A DNA stretch of 62,589 bases, filler included, from 9 parts of 9 records of this genome joined end to end with filler, not necessarily neighbours in it; one strand, 5' to 3'. Positions 21,601 through 33,936 are shown, numbered from the whole stretch's first letter. Notes: generated from the sequence alone by a model not told the origin. A program made the numbers and translations.

Positions 21601-22347
21601 CGGATCTCGAGTGTGTTGCTCCGACTAGAGCTGTCCAGCAGGTCGAGCACTCGCTCGTTGTAAATCTCGAGGTACTGCCACCCAGTCACAGCAGAGCGCG
21701 CAGCAGCGCACCGAGCAGTGCAGGCAGTACTGCGAGTCGGTGTCGGCTGCGGTCCGCTGGAAAATGTGCTCGACCGATCGTGGGATCAGGCCCTGCTGGG
21801 GTTGGCTGCCCGGGCACAGACAGTGGCACCTTGGCCTCGGAGGCGAAGATTCGGGCCTCCGCCTCCGGATGGGTGGCGCCAGCCAGCTGGTCGCAGTCGA
21901 GCCCGAGCATCGTGTGCGTCTTGCCAGTGCCGGTCTGGCCGCTGCGGCCGGGTCGGGCAGCTGGGCGGGTGCGGGCTCACTAGGCGAAGATGGTAGCGTT
22001 GAACCCGTCGAGCACCGCCTTGACGGTCTGGGACACTTGGTCGTAAACCTCGGCCTGGGAGCACTCCGACCCGAACACCCGGTCGAAGCGCAGCGGAGTG
22101 ATCGTGCGGCCCTGCGCCGCCGTCACCCGGCCGCGGGTCGGCGCACCACCTTGATGGTGCAGACAGTGGTGGTGTCGGTGGTCTCCACCGCAGACTCGTG
22201 GCCGCACTCTTCGGGCAGCAGCGGCCGGACGCGCACCTGTGTCAGCGGCGGATCAGAGGGGCATGCGGCAGTCCGGGGGTGGACCATCACCACCGTATTC
22301 TGATCCATCCCTTGCGCCGCGCTCTCAGGCCTGGCCTTTTGATTCAT
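18680..22347 (-). CDS. N-terminal-motor kinesin with coiled-coil tail, many introns
   Basis: [74 protein letters not shown]; start at 22347 or 22308; tail exons approximate. Confidence 0.9.
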
Positions 22348-22416
22348 ACATTTTCGCCTGCCTTCCGTCTGAGCAACGGACTTCGAAGACTCGAACAGCG
22401 AGCAGGGTGTCGAGCA

Positions 22417-23383
22417 ATGCAGCTCTCCTTCCTCAACACTCCGGGCAGCAGCGCTTTCGGCGGGGAAGCCCAGGCGAGTCCGCACCGCCGCCGCTGCTAC
22501 GCCCCCTGCAGCGACCCGGCCATCCGCTCCCTCCCCCACTGGCGGCTCGTCCGTCGCGCAGCGGCTCGCCCCCGGCTGGGCCAGGATGCGGACTGAGTGG
22601 TTCGGGGGGCAGGCGCCGGAGGACCTTCTAGTAGACCAGGGTTTCCAGATGCCCAACGTGGCGGACCCCAAGGGCTTCCTGAATACGGTCTGGGCGGGCC
22701 CGGGCGCGCCGCCCAGGCTGGAGTTTGCGCACGGAACCACCACCCTCGGGTTTGTGTTCAACGGGGGGGTGATCATCGCAGTGGATTCGCGGGCGTCGAT
22801 GGGGAACGTGGTCTCCTCGCAGACAGTGAAGAAGTGCATCGAGATCAACCCGTACCTGCTCGGCACCATGGCCGGAGGAGCGGCAGACTGCAGCTTCTGG
22901 ATGCGCTACCTGGGAAAGGAAGCTCGGCTCCACGAGCTGCGGAATAAGGAGCGCATGTCTGTCGCCGCGGCGTCCAAGTTCATGTCGAACATCCTGTACA
23001 GCTACCAAGGGTACGGGCTCTCGGTTGGTTCTATGATTGCGGGCTGGGACAAGACAGGGCCGCAGCTGTACTACATTGACTCCGATGGAACTCGACTGCA
23101 CGGCAAGGTCTTCTCAGTCGGTTCTGGCTCGACCTTCGCGTACGGCGTTCTGGACAACGGGTACAAAGAGGACATGACTGTCGAAGAAGCCTGTGAACTC
23201 GGCCGGCGGTCGATCTACCATGCGACACACAGGGACGCGTACAGTGGTGGCACAGTGAGTGTGTACCACATCTCAGAGTCCGGCTGGACCAAAATTTCGC
23301 AGACAGACGTCGGGGAGCTGCACTTTCAATATGCGAGCGAAAAGGGCATGACAGGCCAAGGTCAAGAGGCGGTTCCGAAGTAA
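22417..23383 (+). CDS. PSMB5: 20S proteasome subunit beta 5 (propeptide exon structure uncertain upstream of 22586)
   Basis: [44 protein letters not shown]. Confidence 0.95.
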
Positions 23384-23795
23384 TTGGGGCACAATCAGCA
23401 GGCTGGAGCTGCAGTGAATGCTCGGCTGGCGCTCTCGACGAGGTGTGATAGTACGTTACTGCACATAAGTCGTCCTGCCTATGGTATGAGAGAATCAAAC
23501 GGTTCTGATTGTGACTCGCTGACTCGCTGACTGCACTGACTAGCGATTAAATCAATATATATTGGCAATGCCTGTCGGTAGATACCTTTGATGATTGTAG
23601 GAGCCCGTGGCACTCGTGAACATCTTGCGGCTCAGTTGATATTGGGCCCGACATTGGGAGCAGGATAGGAGCCGTGAGCACCACCTGGCGAAGTCTGATT
23701 GGAGAATTGCAACGGACTCGCTGAGCTCGGGGCTTTGCGAGGCTCCTATCCTACTATCCGAGCCGGGCCCGCGGGCGCCTGCGAGGAGAGGTTTG

Positions 23796-24787
23796 ATGGC
23801 GATGCACCCTCGGGTTGATGTGCAGCGCGTCATACAGCAGTTGCGTGAGGCTGTTGGCGCAGAGAAGGGCACCCAGTACTGGGATGTGCTCCGCCGCTTC
23901 CTGCTCGCGAAGCTGTCGAAGCGCGAGTTCGATCACCTGGTGCGTGAGAAGATCGGCTGCGAAAACATCGGGTTGCATAACGAACTGATCAAGGCGATCC
24001 TGGTGAATGCGCAGTCGGGCCAACCACCCCCCTCGGAGCCGCTGGCCATCTTCGCCCGCACCCATCACGCGCCGCGCCAGAGGGTAGTGCTGAAACAGAA
24101 GAAAGAGGGTAGTGCAATCAAACAAAAGCGCAAGCTTAAGCACCGCGATCTCCGGCTGGAAGTGGACCCAGCGGCGCACAAGCACGGCATGCTGCTCACC
24201 GACGTGCCCGATCAGAAGACCAAGGGCAACAAGAGGAGGAGAGCCCTCGGCAAGGGCGAGCTAGCGGTGAGTGCACATTAGCTACTGATCGCCTGTAGGC
24301 ATGCCCCACATGTTGGCTCACTGGGGTGCAGGCCGGGTCGCCCTCTCCTCTGGCAGAGGATCGGAAGAAATCGCGGATCCAGCGAGGTCCCAAATCACCA
24401 CATCGAAACGGAGCGCGGCCGCGGCACAGCTACTCGGGCATGGCAGACTTGGAGGCTGCAGAGGTGGCCTACGAAGTCCGGCAGCACGTCGCAAGCATTG
24501 GGATGAATGCCACACAGGAAAGTATAGACTATGTGCGGTATGCTGTCCACGAGTACGTCAATCGTATAATAGACGCTTGCCGCACGGCACAGAGCGAGCA
24601 GCGACAAGATAAGGACCAGGTCATCACCCTGGTCGATTTACAGAGAGCCATTACGGATCTTCAGTGCTGGGTGCCGCCGTGGAATATGGCCAAGCTGTTT
24701 GAACACGCCCTTTACAGCACCACGGCATACCCTTTCATCCAGGAGTATCAATCTGCTTTCCTTGAGTCTGAGTCCGCGCAAAGCTGA
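23796..24787 (+). CDS. ADA1: SAGA subunit ADA1/TADA1-like
   Basis: YWDVLRRFLLAKLSKREFD..LHNELIKAILVNA N-terminal motif; C-terminal histone-fold-like segment (AVHEYVNRII..ITLVDLQRAI). Confidence 0.8.
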
Positions 24788-25169
24788 TCCAGATCTCAGT
24801 CGGAGTAAACCTCGCAAGTTGGCAGATGATAGTAAGACGTTGGCCCTTCGTTAGATTGTGGCTCGTATCATAAATGCACTTTTGTGTACCCCTCAGCGGT
24901 ACTCATTCTACTCAACGGTCACTGGGCAAAACCCCGAAGGCTGTTTTGTTTTAATCGGCCCCAAACTAAAGCCTACTATTGTGGCTCGTAATTATGAGAT
25001 AATTACGTACACGTGACACTAGATCCAGCACTAATTGTTAATTTGTTGACCAATGCTCCCTTTATACCGTTATACGGACGAATAAAAACTGGAATGTTAT
25101 CGTGCTATGGTGCCAAACTTTGAATAGCGCCAGCAGTGCCAAAAGCAGACGTAGCTTTGTCAATTCTAC

Positions 25170-26082
25170 TCAGCAATGCCGATCGTGAACTTTCTTGCAC
25201 CTCATGTCGAGCAAATCACTCTTGGTCGCTGTGTGGTTCAATTTCTGCCACCGGCCAGTGCTCATACAGTGCACAGGAACGGGAGCATGCAGTTTGATTG
25301 TTACCTCGGTGACGGTCTTGAGAGTACCCCACGGGGTATCCGATTTGGTCTGGTATGTAAATGTCCGAAGTTCGTCGCGCTTCTCCTTCTTCTTTTGTTT
25401 GATTTGCTGCCACACAGCACGCTTCAGAGCTGCGCGCGGCAGGCCCTTAGACCTGAGCCACAACGTCTGCTTTCTCCTTCCTCACGTGCGGGTTGACGAT
25501 GTACTGGTAGTCTGTCCAGCTGATCAAATCGGTGCTGAACGGCTCACTGCCCCGGCCGGATCAAGCTGGCATCCACACAGAGCCGTTTACCTGAGCAGCA
25601 GTGAGACGTTGCTGAGCACTGCCTTGATGGTCCGTGTCTCGTACGCCAACCTGCACACGTCGGCAGCCGCACGTGCCGGCGGGGCACGTGGTGGGGTGCA
25701 GAACCAGGAGCGCGTCCCCCATCTGCAGGCAGTCTTGGAAGGTCGTATCTTTGCCCATGATCGAGGTTGCTGCAGCCGCGCCTCACGATCACCCAGCACC
25801 GCCTCCGAGGACACCGTTGGATAGAATCGTGCCCTTCCCGTGCTGCGGCTCCTCGTCTCCTTGTGGAGCCTCTGCCCCGCCCTCCTCTCGATGTTTCCTT
25901 TTCTTCCTGCGGCAGAGAGGCTCGCAGGGCCCGCGGTGTCGGTCACCTCTTCTTGGGCTCGACAGCCATTCCCTTCATCTTGAGCTTGCCTGCCACAGGA
26001 CCACACGCAGGTTGGCGTCGGGCAGCATAGCCGGGGCACCCCCAAGCACTTTGCCAAACGACTTCTGATCCCTACTCGACAT
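25170..26082 (-). CDS. Small Lys-rich protein with FRG1-like N- and C-termini, about 7 introns
   Basis: Spliced product SFGKVLGGKLKMKG..KKRKKRKH..GKDTTFQDCLQMGDA..LLDMRCKKVHDRHC*. Confidence 0.6.
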
Positions 26083-26158
26083 CAGCCTTCTCAGTCCCGC
26101 GCCTAGCTCCGAGCGGCAACGGAAACTGGGCAATTTTCTTATGCTGTCGATCCGGACC

Positions 26159-26258
26159 NNNNNNNNNNNNNNNNNNNNNNNNNNNNNNNNNNNNNNNNNN
26201 NNTTAATTAATTAANNNNNNNNNNNNNNNNNNNNNNNNNNNNNNNNNNNNNNNNNNNN
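26159..26258. other. Artificial contig linker
   Basis: 44N-TTAATTAATTAA-44N. Confidence 0.98.
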
Positions 26259-26581
26259 GCCATTCACGAATAGAATCTGGTTTATTTACATGTATTTATA
26301 ACTAGGTAGAACTCAGGAACTGAAATCAGCTCCCGATACCTGTCCGAGAACCGCACATGCCGCCACTGCCCCCGGCTAGGGCTGCTGGGCATCTACTCTA
26401 AAGCTCCTCTAAAGCCTCCTCTCTATCACTCTAACTCTACGAGTAGCTCAACTATATTGTGCCGGTGGCCATGGTCCAACCGCGGCCGCAGTAGAAAACG
26501 GGAAATCGCAAGTGGAAGAAAATTCGGCGATCACGGGCCGTTGACAGCTTCGGCGCGCTGCATGCAAGCGGCGCCGAGCGA

Positions 26582-28053
26582 ATGCTGATGGAATCGAGCG
26601 AGCCGCAGACAGTCGAGAACGCGAGCAGCACCAGCCCGCCCGTCAAACGCTCCCCGCCCAAGCGCACCGCCGCGTCGATGAAGCGCGTCGGCAAGGAGAA
26701 CCAGCCCGAGCCGGGCGCCACCCCGGAGCACGCCGGGGCTTCGGTGGAGCGCACCCCGCAGTCGTCCGCCGCCCGGCCGCTGGACACGCCCAAGGGGTCC
26801 GACGCGGTCAGCCGGGAGGTGGGCACGCGCGGGGGAGTGTGCGACGGTTGGGCCAGATGCTGGACGTGATCTCGGACCTCAAACACGACTTCAGCCACAC
26901 CTCGGCCGCGCTGCGCAAGCTCGAGCACTTCCAGGAATTAGACTCGCCGCTCCCGTCGATTGCCGACATCGGACCGGCCCCGCCCGGTGCCCTTCCCTCC
27001 GCGTGCCCGCAGTTATCCCAAAGGCGCAGAGCTGGTGCTGCGGCTGCGAGAGGAGCTCAAGGCGGCTCGTTCGGCGGTGCGGGTGCTCAAGGCGGACAAG
27101 GTAGCGGCGGGCGGGCGGGCGGGATAATCCGGCGGGCAGGACAAGACCCACGCCAAGCTGGAGCGGCTCGATTCGCTGCTGCTCAAGGAGCGGTCGAGTC
27201 TGAGAGATGTGCTAAACGCCGCGCGCAAGGTGTGGCCGAGCGCCCGGGTCAGCGAGCAGCGGCGGGCAGGCTTTCGCGGACCTCAAGTCGGAGAAGGAGC
27301 AGATGCGCAAGCGGCTGCACAAAGAGCGCGGGGTGCGGCGTGGGGTGCAATGCGGGGCTGATTGCAGGGCACAGAAATACTCGGAGGGACTCGGGAGAGA
27401 AAAGACCGAGCGGAAGAAGCTCGAGGCTGAGCTGGACCGGCTGCGGGTGGGTGGGCCCCGCCGGCCCTGCTGAACCCCGGGCAGCTGGAGCTGCGGGCTA
27501 AGGACGGCGAGGCTGCAAGCAGCGAACTTGAGGGTCTGGACGATCAGGTGGCGGCTTTCGGACGGCGGCCAGAGCTGAGCCGGGGCAGACTCGGAGCGCT
27601 ATCGAGCACGAGAGGAGCCGGCTCACTTCGGAGCTTGAGAAGGCTGAGACTGCGCTGGCTGAGGTGCGGAGTGGGTAAAGCGAGCGCTGAGTGGGTCGGA
27701 GGTGTACGAGGACGTAGCTGAGATAGACGACGCTAGCCAGCAGGCGATCGCTGGGCTGTTCCAGGCGATGGAGCAGCTCGAGAAGGACATGGTTGAGTCG
27801 CAGCGCGCCCAGCGCGAGGCCGAGGTCAAGGTGGAGGCGAGCAGGGAGCGCGTCACCAAGGTGCGTGAGGATACAGGCTGCAGGGTGAGCCGGTGGGCAG
27901 ATGACCCAGGACGCCAATCTGGACAAGGCGGCGCTCCAGGAGAAACTTGCCGAGGCTCTGGACGCGAACAGGCAGCTGAGGTCGGAGATGGAGCAGATGA
28001 AGAACAAGCCACCTGAGGGCAGCCTACTGGCGGAGATGGACGAGGCGGAGTGA
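26582..28053 (+). CDS. Coiled-coil protein with S/T-P-rich N-terminus and KEN motif, multi-exon
   Basis: SPPVKRSPPKR..GKENQP; E/K/R-rich heptad exons separated by short introns; ends ..EMDEAE*. Confidence 0.6.
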
Positions 28054-28359
28054 GAACCGAGCGAGGCAGCGGAGAGCGCGCCGGTGGAGCCTGGAGCACT
28101 GAGTGGTGCAAAGGGAGCACAATAATGTTCGGGTATCTCGAGGGGCTTTTTTTAAATACTGAGTCGGATTTGGAGGAAAACAAATGAGTACTATATTAAA
28201 TTTTATAATAAATGGAATGATAAGTACACCGCTGACACGAAAAAACACGTCACGCGTGCTAGGGCTGATAGATGAGTTGAAGCTGAGTAGAAGCTGAGTT
28301 GACTCTCGGGTGCCGAAATATTAACATTAGACTTGCACAATGGCGGTCGGGGTGGCGGT

Positions 28360-29235
28360 TTACTCCTCTTCGAAGACCTTCTTGAACTCCTCGTAGTCGA
28401 GCGCGCCGTTCCCGTCCATGTCCAGGTCCTTGACCCATTGATTGATCTCCTGCTCGCTAATCATCTCTGATTCGTTCGCAGTCAAGTCGCGCATCAGGCT
28501 CCCGAGCTCCTTCCCGCTGATCTTCCCGTCCTTGTCCTTGTCAAACCTGCTCGCGCCGCTCAACCGGCCCGCCGGCGCTTCACTTGGTGAACAGCGCCTT
28601 CATCTGCTCCTCATCCATTTGTCTTAGCACGTCGGACGTATTTCTCCGCATGAGCGGTGTATTTGTTCTTTCCATATCTGCCGCCCAGGCTCGCGCCACA
28701 ACTGACCCGGCCAGCACCAATCTCCTTGGCCGACTCGAGCACCTCTTTGCTCCCGACCAGTCTCAATTTGGCTCCCTGCCCCGCGCTCCAGCCCAGCCCG
28801 CCGCCCGCAGCCCACCGATGCAATCCCTAACGTCTCGAGCTCGGCCCACTTGTGGTCGTTGGAGAGCTCCACCTCCTTGCCCTCCGGGTTCACCCAGATC
28901 AGCATCAGGTGGTGCGCCCACGACAGCGGGATTGTGGTCAGCTCGCGACGCACCTACGCAGGCTCGCCGCCAGCACCCGGCTGGTGGAGCACCAGATCGC
29001 GCTTCACGTCGCGCACGCGCGAGAGCGCCCTGACCTCCACAGAGATGGTCTTGGGCATGGCCGGGGGCTCAGCTTCGAGTTTGACCTTGAACTCGAGCAT
29101 CGGGGAGGCCGCAACCTCCGCCTTCTCCTGCTCCGAGGCGGGCGAGCTGGCGGCCTGGCGCGAATCCGCGTTGTTCTCCAGGGGCGGCGGCTTCTCTTCC
29201 TGCTTCTCCTCCTTGGAGGGCGCGCATATGCCCAT
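28360..29235 (-). CDS. Putatively acylated protein with a ubiquitin-like domain and two EF-hands, 4 introns
   Basis: MGICA start; FKVKL..ISVEV..SRVRDVK..LETLGIAS|GAKLRLVG; EF loops DKDKDGKISGKE and DMDGNGALDYEE. Confidence 0.75.
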
Positions 29236-29516
29236 GGTCGAACGCGGCGAGGGCGCGGTGGACCGCTGTGCTGCGAGCTCTGGCGGTAACAACCGGTTGG
29301 CAACGGTTTTTTATAGCCTGCAGGCTGAGCATGGGGCCTCAGGCCTCAGGGTCTTGCTACTCGTAGCAGGCCAGCACGTGTACCGGGAGGGTCGAGCCGT
29401 CGGGGCTTAGGGCGGTTGTGTTGGCGGAGGGGCATCTGAAAGGGCCCAAGGTCGGTCAATCGGCGCTGGCAAGCCGCGCAACTCAACTACGACGCAAGCA
29501 CAGTCATGATGATCAG

Positions 29517-29616
29517 NNNNNNNNNNNNNNNNNNNNNNNNNNNNNNNNNNNNNNNNNNNNTTAATTAATTAANNNNNNNNNNNNNNNNNNNNNNNNNNNN
29601 NNNNNNNNNNNNNNNN
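29517..29616. other. Artificial contig linker
   Basis: 44N-TTAATTAATTAA-44N. Confidence 0.98.
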
Positions 29617-29967
29617 CCCCGCCCGGTCCTCTGCGAGCATCGCCCCTAGAGTGGCCGCGTCCCCCGCGCGGGCGGCATCGAGCACCGCCCTGGATTCCAC
29701 CATCGGGACCCCCGCCCGCGAGCAACGGACGAAGCTTGGTGAAACCATGCACTCAAGCTCTGATTGTCAGCTGTACTTGCATTGTAAGGTCCTAGTGTAG
29801 CCCTAGTGCGGTCGGTAAGACCAAGGTGGAAACAGGCTACTCTGTAATGACTGAAGCAACTGCGTCGATCCCGCGCAATGAATGTTTATTTTGCAATCAG
29901 TACAATCACAATGACGTGAATTGCATTATTTATCGCTCCGCTGTTGCCCTGTCACCGTCTGTCACGC

Positions 29968-32209
29968 TCACGAGAACCTTTTGGGATCAAACTCCTCGGC
30001 CATTCGCCCAAACAACGCCTCAGGCTCCGACACCTCCGCCGCCCCAAGACTCCGCCGCCGCCGCTCGCCTGCCGGGCCCTCCTCACCCCGGCAGGCTAAT
30101 GCTATGGTGCCTTGCAGGATCAGACTGCTCATGAAAAGAGCAATCGCAGGCGCAAACTGAAAGCCGCTGCCGCTAAACCCGCACCTGCACCCTAGTCAGC
30201 GGCGCGGTGCTGCTGTTAATCATGCGAAATACATGAGGAACACGTCAGAGTCGACAGGGTGGGCCCCGAGGATCATCCTGCCAGTGGATTCAGCCGCTGC
30301 AAAGCCCCGATGGAACGGCACCGCAGGTCTGGAGAGTTTTGGTAGAGGCAGCGCATGTGAGTCTCCACCTGAGCTGTCCGGCTGAGCCGGCTGGGTGGTA
30401 TTACTCTATTGCTATGCGCCGCGTATTATTGTTATTATTGAGCTATAGCTACATGTACTTGTAGTATGTGGTGTTACTTGTACTGTAGTAGTACTAGTAG
30501 TAGTATTAACAACCTTATTCGGGTCGAGCAACGGAAGCGTCTGGGCCACAAACTGCTGGGTCTGCTCCAGCCCGTACCTTAACACCGCGCAGTTAGTGAT
30601 TAAACAGCGACCATCACCGGTCCAGCTCTGAGTCCTGCTCTGCAACAAGCTCTTTCCGGAGGTGAGGAAGGCTCGGAACGCTCCGTGCGCCGGCTTCGCT
30701 CACGACAAACTCTTGGTTGCTCATCAACGCGCCCTGCCTGCCCGGGAGGCTCACCAGTCCGGGTTGTACTGTACTAGTAGTAGTATACTACTATACTACT
30801 ACTAGTAGTAATGTATACTACTATACTATACTAGTAGTAGTGCTAGTGCTTGTACCTGTGGAACCCAATCTTGACTCCAGGCATGCTGTTGGGCAGCCCT
30901 ACGTGTGGCACTATGTAAAAGTAACGGCATCGACCGTCCACCAGCCCTTTGTAACCTGCCTCCGACCACCTTCCCCCAACCATCACTAACCCTGCGCCTC
31001 TACAGATGGCTCCACGACCCCGTGGTTTTAGCCTATCAGTGCACAAGGCGCCAAACAGGTTCTAATTATAACGGGCACGTGAACAGCGGGAATCGGTCCC
31101 AGTCGTGCGTCCGTTGGTCGTGTCCGTCTCGAGTCCCAAACTCCACCGTCTGCAACACACCGCTCAACTAATTAATACTTACAAGTAAATACTTAGCTAG
31201 TAACAGTAACAGTGACAAGTAATAAAAGTGTGTTAACCTGCTCGTTTGAGACGACCACCGGCATCAGAGGCAGTCCGGCCAGCCCGAGCACTTTGTTGGT
31301 CCACGGGCCGGCCGCCAGCACCAGCCGACTGTACCTGACCACCCGCCCAGCTTCGGTCGTCACAGTCTTGTTCAGTCGATCAATCTCGACCACCGCTGCC
31401 ACACACTCACTCGCGCTAAATATAGCCAGGCCAACCGTCATCGAGCACGATCTCGGCCCCGGGCCGCGCGGCCGCCTGGAGCGCCCGGACAGCCTCCTGC
31501 CGTTGGAATTCAACTGAATTTAACGGATATTTGCAACGGTGACCTGAACGAGAAGGACGTATCCGTGGGGCATGTGAAACCCGATTTCGGAGGCCGGATC
31601 CAGCCGGATTTGAGGGAAGCGGCGTGCCACTGCGGCGGCGTCGAGCACCTGCTAACAGATCGGCCGGGCAGGGCGGCCGGGTGCCTCGATGCGCCCCTCG
31701 GGCTCGCCGGCGAGGGTTGTGGTGATCACGTTCACGGCCTTGTTAACGGATTCCTTGGGCCCTCCCCAGACCCGGCCCACCTGAGTGCCGTTAAATACCG
31801 TTGGTTGCCGTTGGGCGCCTGCTGCACCAGCAGCCCGTCGGCGTGCTCGCGCTGGAGCCGTTGCCAGAACCTGCCAGGCCCGTCACACCTGCCCGATCGG
31901 GAGTGCCTGTTACCTTATGGAGTGCAGCCCCATCCGGAGGAGCGTGGCAGACTCCATCGACAGGTGCGCCGCCCGCGATTCGCCCCAGGACCCACGCACG
32001 GCGTGGTTCTGGTCGAGTAGCACCACCGGCTGCCCGCTCTTGGACAGCTGCCGCCCGGGTGAGCTAACGGAATCGCTGGGGGATGCCTGGAGAGCCACGG
32101 CCGAGCCCATGACGCCGCCGCCGACCACCACCACCGGCAGCTCCTCGCACCGGGCCCACCCGATCCCCGCGGCGGCGGCCGCCGCCCCGACCCGACACCG
32201 TGCCAGCAT
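29968..32209 (-). CDS. FAD-dependent sarcosine oxidase / PIPOX-like oxidoreductase, about 12-13 introns
   Basis: VVVVGGGVMGSAVALQ|LSKSG..LLDQ, GSWGESR, RRFPQ, LVLAAGPWT, GVKIGFH, RCLYQNSPD, CGFSGSGFQFAPAI, FDPKRF. Confidence 0.85.
30765..30855. repeat. AT-rich TAG/TAC quasi-palindromic simple repeat inside intron 30738-30855
   Basis: Contains perfect palindromes TAGTAGTATACTACTA (30778-30793) and TACTACTAGTAGTA (30797-30810). Confidence 0.85.
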
Positions 32210-32242
32210 TGATTTTCCGTTAGACGATCTACTCCATCGGCA

Positions 32243-33114
32243 ATGCCCAGCCTGGAGGAGCTCCTCGCCCGGGCGGCGGGGGCCGACCCCGGGCCCGACC
32301 CGACCCCGGCGGGCACCCGGCAGACCGACCCGCGCAGCCAGGCCGCCCTCGACGCGTTCGAACGGTTCGCCGCGGCGCCGGCGGTGGCCCCAGCGGCGGT
32401 GGCGGCGGTGGGCCAGCTGCACAAGGACGCCCGCGGGCCCGGGGAGATTCGGTTGGTCCGGGTGGAGCGGGTGCTTCCAACGGACGTGGCACTCGGGGCG
32501 GCGCTGCGGCTGGAGGCGGCCGGCTGGGAGGAGGCCCGCACCGAGGCCGCCGGGCCGGGGCGGGACCGCAGCGCCCGGCATGCGTATGCGGTGGGCGAGG
32601 GGGACGGGGTGGCGGCGGCGGTGGGGGCGGCGCTGCAGGCGATGCTTCCCGGGGTGGAGTGCTCCTGGCAGGCCGGCCGGTATACCCGAGGGCATTTCAT
32701 AGAGCCGCATGACGATCTAGCCTGGAAAGAAATGAACGGCCGGAGGTACCGCCGAAGGATTGCCGTTGTGTATTACCTCGCCCGCAAGTGGGAGGAGCGG
32801 CGGGGTGGGCTATTTATAGATCATCAGGGCCGGGAGGAGCTGGTGCCTCAGTTTAACTCGTTGGTGGCGTTTCGAGTGCCAAGACTTCACGAGGTGAGTG
32901 CCGTGACGACCGACCAACCACGGTGCTCATTGGTGATTATTTGTTTATTTACTGTTTTCACAGGTACTCGGTGTTTGGGTGGTTTTACGAGCTCGATGAG
33001 GAGAGGGAGGAACCGGAGCAGCAAGCCGCCGGGCGGAAGAGGAAGAAGAAGTCGAAGAACAAGAGCAAGAAGCGGAGTAAAACTATTAAGCCTGGACCCG
33101 CGGTGGCATCGTAG
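32243..33114 (+). CDS. 2OG-Fe(II) prolyl-hydroxylase-like dioxygenase with Lys-rich tail (one intron)
   Basis: YTRGHFIEPHDD, RRIAVVYYL..W..GGLF, VPQFNSLVAF..HEVSAV..R|YSVFGWF. Confidence 0.85.
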
Positions 33115-33240
33115 CATCGACCTGTGCAAGCGATACTTGAGGAGGATTAAATCGCAGTAGTGAGCGCGCAAGGGATCCTAGATCTTTGTGTAGGCATATG
33201 TAATGTTGCAAGTAAATCGATCGATATATCTATGGTTTAT

Positions 33241-33936
33241 TCATGTATGAAGAAAGGTTTGCACAATTAGCATCACTAGCATAACAAACACCGCAGAAGG
33301 GGCCGCTCTGTGAGCGAAATTGTACTTAATCGACGGCAGATTCTGCATGCTGAGCACAGGATCCCAGGTTAGTCCCAACGCCTTGCCGTGCTTGAATGCA
33401 AAGAAAGTGCTCCGAGCTTGAACTTGCTCGGCCACAGTCGCATTTTGGTTGTATGGCAGGCTCTGTGACACCGACTTTGGCATGTTTTGGGGCTCCGAAG
33501 CGGCCACTTTGTATACAGCGCCTGACTTGATGTCTTTGGCGTACCGTGGCCACGACAGCTGCGCGCCAGCCGACAGGACCAGGTGAGGGCATTCTGGTGA
33601 GAGGTCCCTACCAGGCCCTACTGAGCAGTCGACCCGCGAGCTGAGCGAGCCCAGGCTTTGATCTTCCTGGTTGATGGCGGCCACCAGGGTGTCCGAATAA
33701 AGCTTGGCCTGCAGGGCTAAGGAGGAGTTGGGATACTTGTATGGGAAATTATCGACTACCATCCCTAGCTGGGTGTTGGCAAAATCGTCATGATCGAATC
33801 CCAATTTAAGTGTGATCACAGGCTTTGGTGCCGACGACTTCGGGCAGCCGACCCCGCCATTCTCGGGCTGGCACCACGGCTCGGACCCTTGCAGGTCTGA
33901 GGTGAGCTGTATCTCAGTTCGCCTCGGGTTTGCTTC
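33241..33936 (-). CDS. 3' part of a surface protein with a C-terminal hydrophobic (GPI/TM-like) anchor
   Basis: Frame open from the linker to TGA; ends AAPSAVFVMLVMLIVQTFLHT. Confidence 0.55.
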   Translation of the reverse strand, partial: EANPRRTEIQLTSDLQGSEPWCQPENGGVGCPKSSAPKPVITLKLGFDHDDFANTQLGMVVDNFPYKYPNSSLALQAKLYSDTLVAAINQEDQSLGSLSSRVDCSVGPGRDLSPECPHLVLSAGAQLSWPRYAKDIKSGAVYKVAASEPQNMPKSVSQSLPYNQNATVAEQVQARSTFFAFKHGKALGLTWDPVLSMQNLPSIKYNFAHRAAPSAVFVMLVMLIVQTFLHT

